A stretch of 64,000 bases of DNA from contig CAWFOM010000008.1 of assembly GCA_963817385.1 (NCBI GenBank), forward strand, positions 96,001-160,000, read 5' to 3'. Within the stretch, counting starts at the first letter, position 1. Each line of letters opens with the position of its first letter. Position numbers and translations under genes: made by a program. Positions 11,149 to 20,930 of the stretch are shown here, one piece after another. Source of the stretch: an uncultured delta proteobacterium (GTDB taxonomy: Bacteria; Desulfobacterota; Syntrophia; Syntrophales; UBA5619). Under the pieces are notes generated by a model. That model ran no database searches, was not told the DNA's origin, and saw only the letters and a program-made list of their open reading frames with translations.

Positions 11149-11739
11149 GTGAAATTTGTCGTAGGATTGGGAAATCCGGGGATACGGTATCAGTTGAATC
11201 GTCACAACGCGGGGTTCCTGGTTCTGGATCAACTGGCATTGCGCCATGACATATCCATCAGTCAAACCTTATTTGATGCCCGTATCGGCAAGGGAAATAT
11301 GGCCGGCAGCGCCGTTTTACTCGCCCAACCGCAGACATTCATGAATCTCAGTGGAACAGCGGTCAGAAAGCTGGCCGACTATTTCAGGATAGACCTTGAG
11401 GATCTGATTGTTGTTCATGATGATCTGGATCTGCCTTTCCAGACAATCCGCCTGAAAGCGGGAGGAGGGCACGGAGGACATAAAGGGCTGATTTCCCTCA
11501 TCGATCATCTCGGCTCCGCGGCATTCATTCGGGTCAGATTCGGCATCGGAAGGCCGGAACGCAAGGCGATGGTCGAGAGCTATGTCCTGTCACCCTTTTC
11601 TGAAGAGGAGTTGACCTGTCTCCCCCAGCTGACCCGGACGGCGGGTGAGGCAGTAGCCGACATCATTTCATCCGGCATTCAGGCGGCGATGGAAAAGCAT
11701 CACGGGAAAGAAAATTCCAAATTGATCAAGGAGGGTTGA
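11149..11739 (+). CDS. pth: Peptidyl-tRNA hydrolase
   Basis: [35 protein letters not shown]. Confidence 0.95.
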   Translation: MKFVVGLGNPGIRYQLNRHNAGFLVLDQLALRHDISISQTLFDARIGKGNMAGSAVLLAQPQTFMNLSGTAVRKLADYFRIDLEDLIVVHDDLDLPFQTIRLKAGGGHGGHKGLISLIDHLGSAAFIRVRFGIGRPERKAMVESYVLSPFSEEELTCLPQLTRTAGEAVADIISSGIQAAMEKHHGKENSKLIKEG

Positions 11740-11742
11740 ATC

Positions 11743-14187
11743 ATGTGCATCGGAAAACGCAGTTTCTGGTCTCTTGTCTGTTCACTTGGCATCTCCCTGT
11801 ATCTGATGACCCCGATGGCCTTTGCAGGTGAAGCGGATATCAAGCTCCCCGATCTGTCGCAGATCAGCTTCATGGGCGGTTCTCTCGGCGGGTTGACGAT
11901 TCTGAACCTCGGTCTCATCATCTGTGCAATCGGGATGATTTTCGGCTGGCGGCAGTATGTCCAGACGAAGAATCTGCCCGCGCATCAATCCATGCTGGAC
12001 GTCTCCAACACGATCTGGGAGACCTGCAAGACCTATCTTTTTCAACAGGGGAAATTCCTCGCCGGCCTCTGGGTCCTGATCGCCATCTGCATCGTCTACT
12101 ATTTTGTCGGGCTCCAGGGGAACACGGCGGGCGCCGTGATGATGATCCTCTTCTGTTCCGTCATGGGAATCCTCGGCTCCTACGGGGTTGCCTGGTTCGG
12201 CATCCGGATCAACACGGTGGCCAACTCCCGGGCGGCATTCGCCTCCCTGAGCGGCAATCCCCTCAGCATGGTGAATATCTGTCTCCGCTCCGGGATGAGC
12301 GTCGGCCTCCTCCTGGTCAGTATCGAGCTCTTCTTCATGATCCTGATTCTCGCCTATATCCCCAAGGATCTGGCCGGCCCCTGCTTTATCGGCTTTGCCA
12401 TCGGCGAGTCCCTCGGCGCCAGCGCCCTGCGCATCTGCGGCGGCATATTCACCAAGATCGCCGATATCGGCTCCGACCTGATGAAGATCATCTTCCATCT
12501 TCCGGAAGACGATCCGAAAAACCCCGGCGTCATCGCGGACTGCACGGGCGACAACGCGGGCGACAGCGTCGGCCCCACGGCGGACGGCTTCGAAACCTAC
12601 GGCGTCACGGGCGTGGCCCTGATCGCCTTTCTCGCCCTGGCGATGGCCGCGAATCCCGCCATGGGAGGCAAACTGATCGTCTGGATCTTCGCCATGCGCA
12701 TCCTGATGATCATCACCTCGCTCGCCTCCTATTTCATCAACGACGTGGTGAGCGCATCCCTGTTCACCGGCAACAAGGAATTCGACTTTGAACACCCGCT
12801 GACGAATCTGGTCTGGATCACCTCCGGCGTATCGATCATCGTCACCTTCATCGCCAGCTACCTCCTGCTGGGCGATCTGCCCGCGATGGGAGGATCGCTC
12901 TCCGCCTGGCTGGCCCTCTCCATCATTATCAGCTGCGGGACTATTGCGGGCGCGTTGATCCCGGAATTCACCAAGGTTTTTACGAGCACCAACTCCCGTC
13001 ACTGCGAAGAGGTCGTCAACGCCTCCCGGCAGGGTGGCGCATCCCTGAACATCCTCTCGGGTCTCGTCGCCGGAAATTTTTCCGCCTTCTGGGAGGGGCT
13101 CACGATCCTCGTCCTGATGCTGATCGCCTATCTGGTTTCCCAGAGCGGATCCGTCCTGGCTCTGATGCCAAAGGAATTTCTCTTTGCCGCCCCGGTCTTC
13201 GCCTTCGGCCTCGTCGCCTTCGGTTTTCTCGGGATGGGACCGGTCACGATAGCCGTGGACAGCTTCGGTCCGGTATCGGATAACGCCCAGTCCATCTATG
13301 AACTCTCCATGATCGAGAGCCGCCCGGACGCCAGGGAAGTGGTTAAGAAGCACTTCGGCGTGGAAACGGATTTCGAAAAGGCCAAACACTATCTCGAGTC
13401 CGCCGATGGCGCGGGCAACACCTTCAAGGCCACCGCCAAACCGGTCCTCATCGGCACCGCCGTTGTCGGCGCCACGACGATGGTCTTCGGGATCATCATC
13501 CTGCTGGAGCGCCTCTTCGGCAACGTCGTCGCCAAGCTCAGTCTCGTACAGCCGGAGATCATCCTCGGCCTCCTCATGGGAGGCTGCGTAATCTACTGGT
13601 TCACCGGCGCATCCATACAGGCGGTGGTGACGGGTTCCTACCAAGCCGTTGTCTACATCAAGAACCATATCAAACTGGACAAGAAAGAGGCCTCCCTCGC
13701 CGACAGCAAGGAGGTCGTCAAGATATGTACCATGTACGCCCAGAAAGGGATGATTAACATCTTCGTCGTTATCTTCTTTATGGCCCTGGCGCTCGCCTTT
13801 TTTAACCCCTACTTCTTCATCGGTTATCTCGTCGGCATTGCCTTCTTCGGCCTGTTCCAGGCGATTTTCATGGCCAATGCAGGCGGCTGCTGGGATAACG
13901 GCAAGAAGATCGTGGAGGTGGATCTGAAGCAGAAGAACACGCCTCTGCACGAGGCGACCGTCGTCGGCGACACCGTCGGCGACCCGTTCAAGGATACATC
14001 GTCGGTCTCCTTGAATCCTGTAATCAAGTTCACCACGCTCTTCGGACTTCTCGCCGTGGAGATCGCCGTAACCATGCAGAATGCCGGGTTGAAGCTCGGC
14101 ATGGCATCGCTCTTCTTTATCATCGCGCTTGTCTTTGTTTACCGTTCCTTCTATGGGATGAGGATACCGGCCGGCGATAAACTGTAG
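11743..14187 (+). CDS. hppA: Membrane-bound ion-translocating pyrophosphatase (long, K+-independent-type signature)
   Basis: GGIFTKIADIGSDL, EDDPKNPGVIADCTGDNAGD, GNTFKA, GGCWDNGKK, GDTVGDPFKD. Confidence 0.95.
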   Translation: MCIGKRSFWSLVCSLGISLYLMTPMAFAGEADIKLPDLSQISFMGGSLGGLTILNLGLIICAIGMIFGWRQYVQTKNLPAHQSMLDVSNTIWETCKTYLFQQGKFLAGLWVLIAICIVYYFVGLQGNTAGAVMMILFCSVMGILGSYGVAWFGIRINTVANSRAAFASLSGNPLSMVNICLRSGMSVGLLLVSIELFFMILILAYIPKDLAGPCFIGFAIGESLGASALRICGGIFTKIADIGSDLMKIIFHLPEDDPKNPGVIADCTGDNAGDSVGPTADGFETYGVTGVALIAFLALAMAANPAMGGKLIVWIFAMRILMIITSLASYFINDVVSASLFTGNKEFDFEHPLTNLVWITSGVSIIVTFIASYLLLGDLPAMGGSLSAWLALSIIISCGTIAGALIPEFTKVFTSTNSRHCEEVVNASRQGGASLNILSGLVAGNFSAFWEGLTILVLMLIAYLVSQSGSVLALMPKEFLFAAPVFAFGLVAFGFLGMGPVTIAVDSFGPVSDNAQSIYELSMIESRPDAREVVKKHFGVETDFEKAKHYLESADGAGNTFKATAKPVLIGTAVVGATTMVFGIIILLERLFGNVVAKLSLVQPEIILGLLMGGCVIYWFTGASIQAVVTGSYQAVVYIKNHIKLDKKEASLADSKEVVKICTMYAQKGMINIFVVIFFMALALAFFNPYFFIGYLVGIAFFGLFQAIFMANAGGCWDNGKKIVEVDLKQKNTPLHEATVVGDTVGDPFKDTSSVSLNPVIKFTTLFGLLAVEIAVTMQNAGLKLGMASLFFIIALVFVYRSFYGMRIPAGDKL

Positions 14188-14328
14188 GATGTCTTGAGAT
14201 TAGCTAATGACAGCAGGGCGTTCCGGCCCCAGTACCCGGTACGCCCTGCTTCCCCTGCAGAGCGCAATGCATTGAGGCTCTCCGCGGCGAACCGCGGAGA
14301 ATCTCCGCTCCTGAAGCCATTTTCAGAC

Positions 14329-14377
14329 AAAAAAATGGTGGATGGAAAAGGAGGGAACCTAAAAACCATCCACCATT
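14329..14377 (-). terminator. Intrinsic terminator hairpin with an anti-SD-like loop
   Basis: Minus strand AATGGTGGATGG-(TTTTTAGGTTCCCTCCTTTT)-CCATCCACCATT followed by a T-run. Confidence 0.7.
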
Positions 14378-14483
14378 ATAAAACTGAAAGGTTTTCCTGT
14401 ACCACGCCACCTTTCAGATTTTTATTGTCGAATACGCGAACCACCCACCGATACTGCAAATCAACGACGTCCAGTCGGCAGGA

Positions 14484-14687
14484 TCAATCGGAGAGAAAAA
14501 AAGTCGTGCTCTTGTTTCGGCCGCTCTTCTTTTTCGCCTTTTCCGTATGATCAGCAGGAATCACTTCCGGTCTGTCGCCTCCGTCCGGGGTTACGAAAAA
14601 ATCATACTCCTGAATCCGGTGCCGTTTGAGATTTGCCTCTCCTTCCTTCCTGCTTTGCGAATTCCCCTTCCGCTTTTCTCCTTTCAT
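14484..14687 (-). CDS. Possible small hypothetical protein (67 aa, charged) downstream of a sigma54 promoter
   Basis: The longest ATG-initiated ORF within the predicted sigma54 transcript; weak SD; no recognisable family. Confidence 0.3.
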   Translation of the reverse strand: MKGEKRKGNSQSRKEGEANLKRHRIQEYDFFVTPDGGDRPEVIPADHTEKAKKKSGRNKSTTFFLSD

Positions 14688-14804
14688 ACACGGGTCCGTT
14701 CCTATTTTATCAGCCGACGGCTGTATAGAATCCCTTTACAAAATTCCCCTCGATCCCGCGGATATCCATCGGACACACATCGTTTTGCCGGTTGCTCAAA
14801 ATAG

Positions 14805-14820
14805 TGCAATAGCAATGCCA
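14805..14820 (-). promoter_or_regulatory. Sigma54 (-24/-12) promoter
   Basis: TGGCATTGCTATTGCA, exact GG-N10-GC. Confidence 0.8.
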
Positions 14821-14981
14821 ATTCCGTGAATCTCTCTGTTCTTCACGATTCCGGGAAAAAGTAAGATCAATAAGACCAGGATATCTTATATATACGTGAT
14901 ATCTTCGAGGATGCATCTGTCAAGCGCGACGGGAATTGCCGCCATAAGGAAATGATTTTGCAAAGGCGACAGGACAGGCAC

Positions 14982-15086
14982 GTGCCCATACCGCACAGAA
15001 CCTCCCTGCCAATTCGAAGAAACTCAAGAGCTCTTTGAATCGGGAAAGAATGTGCGTCAAGTGCACATAACGTGCAGAATAAGCAC
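14982..15086. promoter_or_regulatory. Three GTGC-N7-GCAC palindromes, putative enhancer (UAS) sites
   Basis: Sites at 14982-14996, 15052-15066 and 15072-15086, about 160-265 bp upstream of the sigma54 promoter and next to the EBP gene. Confidence 0.65.
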
Positions 15087-15103
15087 GGCGTATTGATGGA
15101 TAA

Positions 15104-17239
15104 TTATTTGTCGCGGTTGTTAATTTTCTTCTGCTCCCGAATCAGCTTGTAGCGGGAAATTCCCAAGCGCCTCGCTGCCTCGGTCTTGTTCCCCCGGCTC
15201 ATCTCCAGGGTATTTTCGATAATCTTCCGCTTGATGTCACTGGTAATCCTCTCCGTAACCAGGGTAAAATCGATTCCCTCGGTGGAAAGCTGCGGCAGTA
15301 TGTTGTCTATCTGAATCCTGAGTCTCTCCTGATTCGTGGTAGCTCTCATCTCCGCCGGCAGACTTTCTGCGGTTATCATCGTCCCGTCGTTGTGCAGGAT
15401 CATGATCCGCTCGATGATGTTCTTGAGTTCGCGGACGTTGCCGGGCCAATGGTACGCGGTGAGAATATGTTCCGCATCCTCCGTAAAACCCTTCACCTTC
15501 TTCATGAATTTCTTGTTAAACTCTTCAAGATAGTAACGGGCGAGGAGCAGGAGGTCGTCAATCCGATCCCTGAGCGGCGGGATCACGATCGGGACGACGC
15601 TGATCCGATAGTAGAGATCCTCGCGAAAAGTTCCTTCCGCGACCATCCGGTTGAGGTCCCTGTTGGTCGAAAAGATGAAACGGACGTCGATGGGGATGTT
15701 GTCGTTGCCCCCCAGACGCCGGATATGGCCGTCCTCCAGCATGCGGAGAAACTTGGCCTGGATATGAATGCCCATGTCACCGATCTCGTCAAGGAGCATC
15801 GTACCGCCATTCGCATGCTCGAGGAGGCCGAGCTTCCTCTTTCGCGCATCGGTGAACGCACCCGCCTCATACCCGAAAAGTTCGCTCTCCAGCAGTGTGC
15901 CGGGAATGGCCGCACAGTTGACATCGACAAAAGGCCGGTTGCTCCGGTTGCCCTGCCGGTGTATCGCACGGGCTATCAGCTCCTTCCCCGTTCCGCTTTC
16001 CCCTTGAATCAGGATGTTGGTGTTGTGTCCCGCTACCTCCTCGATGACATGAAACAGGCTGAGCATCTTCTTCGATTTCCCGAGAATATTGTGAAAGCCC
16101 AAGAGAATGTCCTCGCGCTCTTTGAGTTTTTCCACTTCCGTCTTGAGCGATTTCGCCTCCAGGGAAAGCCGGGAATGGAGGATGGCATTGTCATAAGAAG
16201 TAGCGGTGTTCTTTACCAGAATATCGAGGACGTGGATCTGATCCTGAGAATAACTTCCCGTCTTCTTGGCCAGATAGAGCGCCCCTTTGAACTTGTCCTT
16301 GACGGTGAGGGGAAGGGCGATTTCCGACAGGTAGCCCGGAAAGACGGGCTGAGTGGATGTCGGTCCGGCGGAGGCCTGACGGGTGATGATCGTATTGGTG
16401 TCGTTCGCCTCCCGGATGATCGTGCGGCCGAACCTCTCCTCACAGGTCCCGCGGTCATCGATGGAAACCTTTCCTCCGTCGTTCACCAAACAGCGGTTCT
16501 TCTCAATATCCAGGAAATAGACCAGGACCTTCTCTGATCGGGTGACCAACAGCGCGCTCTTGACAAGGATCTCCAGGATATGGTCATCCAGGACATGACT
16601 CACATTCATTTCGGAGACGGCGTCCTGAAGGATCGTGAGCTGCCTGATCTTCTCGGCATTGGCCTCGAAAAGACGCAAATTGTAGATGATGATGCTCAGG
16701 GTGTTGGCATACGTGATAAAGAGGCTGATCTCCTCAGGAAAGAACTTGGTCTCCTCCTTAAACCAGGCGGCGATGATTCCGATCACCTCTTCTCCGATCT
16801 TCAGGGGGGCGCAGAAATAGGAACCGCGGTCATAGATCTTCGTCAGCATCCGGTCGGTTTCGGTCATCCGGGGATCGGTGGCGGTGACCTCAACGGCGAT
16901 CGGCTGGCCGGATTTGGCGACCTTGGTGGCGATGCAGTCGTGTTCGTGGATGTTGAGGGCCACGGCGAAGACCCTCTGCTCCTCCTCGGGGGTGTAATTT
17001 TTCACGACCTTGGCTTCGAGATTCTGGCGGCTGTCGTCAAACAGGCGGATGATCCCCTTGTCAAAGCCGATGCTGTCGACCACCTCATCGAGAATCTTTA
17101 CCAGGATTTCATCGACGTTGGAGGGAGCGGTCAAAAAAGAGCTCAGACGGAAGATGCTTTGGAGCAGCTTATCCTTGTCTAAGAGCAGAATTGAAGAAAC
17201 CCTCGACCGGACATCCATGACGTTTGGTGCTTCGTCCAT
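15104..17239 (-). CDS. GAF-domain sigma54-dependent transcriptional activator (EBP)
   Basis: Two N-terminal GAF-like regions, GESGTGKE, ESELFG, GAFTDA, LLDEIGDM, WPGNVREL, C-terminal Fis-type HTH. Confidence 0.92.
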   Translation of the reverse strand: MDEAPNVMDVRSRVSSILLLDKDKLLQSIFRLSSFLTAPSNVDEILVKILDEVVDSIGFDKGIIRLFDDSRQNLEAKVVKNYTPEEEQRVFAVALNIHEHDCIATKVAKSGQPIAVEVTATDPRMTETDRMLTKIYDRGSYFCAPLKIGEEVIGIIAAWFKEETKFFPEEISLFITYANTLSIIIYNLRLFEANAEKIRQLTILQDAVSEMNVSHVLDDHILEILVKSALLVTRSEKVLVYFLDIEKNRCLVNDGGKVSIDDRGTCEERFGRTIIREANDTNTIITRQASAGPTSTQPVFPGYLSEIALPLTVKDKFKGALYLAKKTGSYSQDQIHVLDILVKNTATSYDNAILHSRLSLEAKSLKTEVEKLKEREDILLGFHNILGKSKKMLSLFHVIEEVAGHNTNILIQGESGTGKELIARAIHRQGNRSNRPFVDVNCAAIPGTLLESELFGYEAGAFTDARKRKLGLLEHANGGTMLLDEIGDMGIHIQAKFLRMLEDGHIRRLGGNDNIPIDVRFIFSTNRDLNRMVAEGTFREDLYYRISVVPIVIPPLRDRIDDLLLLARYYLEEFNKKFMKKVKGFTEDAEHILTAYHWPGNVRELKNIIERIMILHNDGTMITAESLPAEMRATTNQERLRIQIDNILPQLSTEGIDFTLVTERITSDIKRKIIENTLEMSRGNKTEAARRLGISRYKLIREQKKINNRDK

Positions 17240-17344
17240 TCAACCATGCCCTTCCCATTTTTTTTCTTTACCAGCCCCGATTTTTCAGGATTCGCGAAGG
17301 ATGATGCTGGGGGCTGTGGTCAGCTAGATCGTATCTTCATCTCG

Positions 17345-19375
17345 TTAGGTTTTGTCGTAGGTAAAAAACTGCATCGTAAAGACTGCCCTTCCCTGCGTAG
17401 CCGAACGGAGGTCCGTAGAATACCCGAACATCGCCTTGAGGGGCACCTTAGCTTTGATCTCGCTGATCAATCCCTTGGGGACGATTGCCTGGATCTCCCC
17501 CCGGCGGGCATTGATATCGCCGATGACCTCCCCCATGAATTCGGTCGGGGTCATCACATCAACCATCATGATCGGCTCCAGCAGGGCGGGATCCGCCTTC
17601 AGACATCCGTCCCGGAAGGCGGATGCGGCCGCGATCTTGGAACCGAGCACTGTAGACTCCCCCTCCTTCATCTCCACACCGAGAATGACGATCCGGATGT
17701 CGATCACCGGATAGCCCGCCAAAACACCGCTCAGGAGCGCCTCGCGGATTCCCTCCTCACTGGCTGCCAGGAACTCTTCGGGGATGGCCGCCGCCGGCTG
17801 GCGGATGATCTCGATTCCGCCTCCCCGGTCCTTCGGTTCCAGGAGGAGTTTCACCCGGCCGAAATGCTTCTTTTCTCCAAGCTCCCTCTCGAACAGTCCC
17901 TCGCTTTCCACGCGTTTCTGGATCGTTTCACGGTGGACGACCCGCGGCTTGCCGACGTTCACCCGCGCGTTGAACTCTCTGAGAAGCCGGTCGGTGATGA
18001 TCTCAAGGTGGAGCTCCCCCATGCCGGAGATGACCGTCTGAGCGGTCTCGTCTTCATATTTAACCCGGAGGGTCGGGTCTTCCTCCATCAGCTTGTTCAG
18101 AGCGACTGCAAGCTTCTCCTGGTCGGCCGGCGTCTTGGCCTCGATCGCCAGGCTGATGACCGGTTCATAGAATTCGATCGACTCGAGAAGAATGGGGTGG
18201 GCTTCATCGCAAATCGTATCGCCGGTGGTGATCTCCTTGAAGCCCATGACGGCGATGATTTCTCCGGCGCTCGCCTGTTCGACCCGCTCCCGCTTGTTTG
18301 CATGCATCTTCAGGAGCCGGGCGATCTTCTCCTTCCTGCCGCGGCTTGCATTATAGAGCTCGTCTCCTGTTTTAATGCGTCCCGAGTAGATCCGCAGATA
18401 AGTCAGCTTCCTCCCCTCATCCTGCATGATTTTGAACGCCAGGGCAGCCAGGGGTTCCTTATCGCTGCTCGTCCGGGTCTCCGCCTGTTTCGTCAGGGGG
18501 TTGATGCCCTTCACGGGCGGGATCTCTTCCGGCGAGGGGAGAAAACGGACGACCGCATCGAGAACCGGCTGGACCCCTTTGTTCCTGAGGGCCGAGCCGC
18601 ACATGACCGGGACCATCTTGAGGGCGATCGTCGCCTTGCGGATGGCCGCAATGATCTCCTCCATGGAAATCTCCACCCCGTCCAGGTATTTCTCGGCGAT
18701 CGCGTCATCCACATCGGCGAGCGCGGCGATCATCCGGTCCCGCTGCTCCCGGGCCGATGACCGGATCTCCGCCGGCATCTCCCCGTACTGATAAGAGAGC
18801 CCCTTGGTGCTCTCATCCCAGGTGACGAGCTCCTGCCGGATCAGGTCCACGACTCCTCTAAACGCATCCCCCTCTCCGAAGGGTATCTGGATCGGCAGCG
18901 GCACCGAATTGAAGCGCTCCCGCATCATCGCGATCGTCCCGGCATAATTCGCCCCGATGCGGTCCATCTTGTTGATGAACGATACCTTGGGAACGCAGTA
19001 CTTGTCGGCCTGGTGCCAGACGGTTTCCGACTGCGGTTCTACCCCCGCTACGGCATCAAAAACGACAACCGCCCCGTCAAGGACCCGAAGACTCCGCTCA
19101 ACCTCGATCGTAAAATCGACATGGCCCGGCGTGTCGATAATATGAATCTCATGGTTTTCCCAGGTGCAGGTGGTCACCGCCGAGGTTATGGTGATCCCCC
19201 GCTCTTGTTCCTGCGGCATCCAGTCCATCACGGCCTCGCCGTCGTGGACCTCTCCCATCTTGTAGGATTTCCCCGTGTAGAAGAGGATCCGCTCCGAAAC
19301 CGTCGTCTTGCCGGCGTCGATGTGCGCGATGATTCCGATATTTCTCGTGCGTGACAGCTTGGATTTGGAGGCCAT
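17345..19375 (-). CDS. fusA: Elongation factor G paralogue (stand-alone, divergent domain IV)
   Basis: AHIDAGKTT, RGITI, DTPGHVDF, NKMD, GMGELHL; not in an rpsL-rpsG-tuf context. Confidence 0.92.
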   Translation of the reverse strand: MASKSKLSRTRNIGIIAHIDAGKTTVSERILFYTGKSYKMGEVHDGEAVMDWMPQEQERGITITSAVTTCTWENHEIHIIDTPGHVDFTIEVERSLRVLDGAVVVFDAVAGVEPQSETVWHQADKYCVPKVSFINKMDRIGANYAGTIAMMRERFNSVPLPIQIPFGEGDAFRGVVDLIRQELVTWDESTKGLSYQYGEMPAEIRSSAREQRDRMIAALADVDDAIAEKYLDGVEISMEEIIAAIRKATIALKMVPVMCGSALRNKGVQPVLDAVVRFLPSPEEIPPVKGINPLTKQAETRTSSDKEPLAALAFKIMQDEGRKLTYLRIYSGRIKTGDELYNASRGRKEKIARLLKMHANKRERVEQASAGEIIAVMGFKEITTGDTICDEAHPILLESIEFYEPVISLAIEAKTPADQEKLAVALNKLMEEDPTLRVKYEDETAQTVISGMGELHLEIITDRLLREFNARVNVGKPRVVHRETIQKRVESEGLFERELGEKKHFGRVKLLLEPKDRGGGIEIIRQPAAAIPEEFLAASEEGIREALLSGVLAGYPVIDIRIVILGVEMKEGESTVLGSKIAAASAFRDGCLKADPALLEPIMMVDVMTPTEFMGEVIGDINARRGEIQAIVPKGLISEIKAKVPLKAMFGYSTDLRSATQGRAVFTMQFFTYDKT

Positions 19376-19401
19376 AGAGATTCACCGCAGGATAACGCCC
19401 G

Positions 19402-20034
19402 TCATCCCTCCTTCGGCGGCGCCGCCGGCGCAATCAGTTCCCGATTCATGGTAAAGGGATTCTTCAATCCGATATGTCCCTTGAGCGAATCGCGTTCCTT
19501 GCCCGCGATCAGGATCTTGACCTTCTTAATCAGCGGTATATTGGCGGTCAGGGTATTGGTCAGGGAATAGAGCGTGGCCATTTCCGCAGCGCTTCCTCCG
19601 GGGTGATTTGCCGGCAGACTCTCGCGGAAGTTGATCAGGAGCGTGTCTTCCCCCTCACTCTTGACGCCCTGCAGCTCGGCTTTATCGGGAAACGTATTCA
19701 CCAGGCCCGTCTTGGAACCGGCAAGGAGGGCCTTTACCATTTCCTGCGCCTGCGCCTCCGGCTCTTTCTCTCGGGGGATGAACCGCTTCTCCGGAACGAG
19801 AAACCGTTCATTCGCATCGGAAAAATACAGGGTCACCTCCTGCTTCTCCCGCTTTTTCGCCCCGGTATATTTCCCGGTCGCCGGAGGATAGATATAATCG
19901 AACAGGGTGATAAAGAAGATCGCCAGAAATACGACAGATACCACAACGATGAGGGAGAGCAGCAGAAACCGCCGCTTCTTCTTGGTCTTTTTATGCTTAA
20001 CCTCGTCGGTTCGCCTTTGCTTTTTCGTGGCCAT
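19402..20034 (-). CDS. GerMN domain membrane-anchored protein
   Basis: Basic N-terminus plus TM helix, LYF...LVPEKR, YSLTNTLT...VKILI motif. Confidence 0.8.
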   Translation of the reverse strand: MATKKQRRTDEVKHKKTKKKRRFLLLSLIVVVSVVFLAIFFITLFDYIYPPATGKYTGAKKREKQEVTLYFSDANERFLVPEKRFIPREKEPEAQAQEMVKALLAGSKTGLVNTFPDKAELQGVKSEGEDTLLINFRESLPANHPGGSAAEMATLYSLTNTLTANIPLIKKVKILIAGKERDSLKGHIGLKNPFTMNRELIAPAAPPKEG

Positions 20035-20161
20035 GATTGAATCCTTCCCGCTTGCAGAGCTGCGGCAATTTAGGGTATTTTCGCGGTAGTGTCAAGCAGA
20101 GAACGAACCGGAGGAAGAAACTCGCGAGGAGAAAACGGGATAAACCCCGGCATGACTCCTT

Positions 20162-20929
20162 TTAGGGCGCCATGGTTCTCATCTGTTCTTGCGCCTTCCG
20201 TCCGAATTCTGAATCGGGGGCTAGTTTGGCAGCCGTCCGAAAAGCAGCTATGGCTTCATCCGCCCGGTTCTGCTTTCGATAGCACAGGCCGAGCCAATAG
20301 TGGGATTCGGTAAGTGACGGGGCAAGTTCGATGGATTTCCGGAAATGGCGGATCGCCTCCTCGGTATCGACTTTTGCGAGCCAGACCCTGCCCATCTCCT
20401 TTTCGATAAGCGGCATCAGGATGGTGCCTGGTTCCCGGGAGGCGGCATCGCCGTAATGCTTCAATGCGGCGTCATACTGACCTTTTGCATACTTGGCCCG
20501 CCCCAGGTTATAGAGTGTCGTCGCGGGGGTATCATAGAGAATATTTGCAAGAGCCCTGTTGAAGGAGGCGATCGCATCATCCAGGCGGCCTTTGTCCAGA
20601 TAGATCGCTCCCAAATAATTGTGAACCGAGGAGTCCTCCGGATTGAGGGCGATCGCTCGTTGAAATTCCTCGATGGCCCTCTCATCGAGCCCCTTGCCGT
20701 GATAGGAGATGCCGAGCAGGTAGTGCACCTTCGGATCCTCCGGCGTCAGCCGTTCCGCCTCCAAGAGTTCCTTCACCGCCGAGTTATACTGACCGGAACC
20801 GAGGTAAGCGCTGCCGATATTGATATGATTCCCCGCCTGTTCCTGAAGCCGCGCTTTATTGGCGCAAGCCGCAAGGCCGATCAGCAGCAGCAAAAACAAG
20901 AGATATCTTCCCCGTCTCATATGATCCAT
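20162..20929 (-). CDS. TPR-repeat lipoprotein (PilF/PilW-like)
   Basis: Lipobox LAAC, repeated TPR motifs (HNYLG, YNLG). Confidence 0.8.
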   Translation of the reverse strand: MDHMRRGRYLLFLLLLIGLAACANKARLQEQAGNHINIGSAYLGSGQYNSAVKELLEAERLTPEDPKVHYLLGISYHGKGLDERAIEEFQRAIALNPEDSSVHNYLGAIYLDKGRLDDAIASFNRALANILYDTPATTLYNLGRAKYAKGQYDAALKHYGDAASREPGTILMPLIEKEMGRVWLAKVDTEEAIRHFRKSIELAPSLTESHYWLGLCYRKQNRADEAIAAFRTAAKLAPDSEFGRKAQEQMRTMAP

Positions 20930-20930
20930 G

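Noticed and set aside
11782..13950. 722-aa antisense ORF to hppA and similar long shadow ORFs (17246-18760, 28813-30297, 38925-40649, 48079-49443)
   Set aside because: Expected by-product of GC3-rich codon usage on the opposite strand; no recognisable motifs
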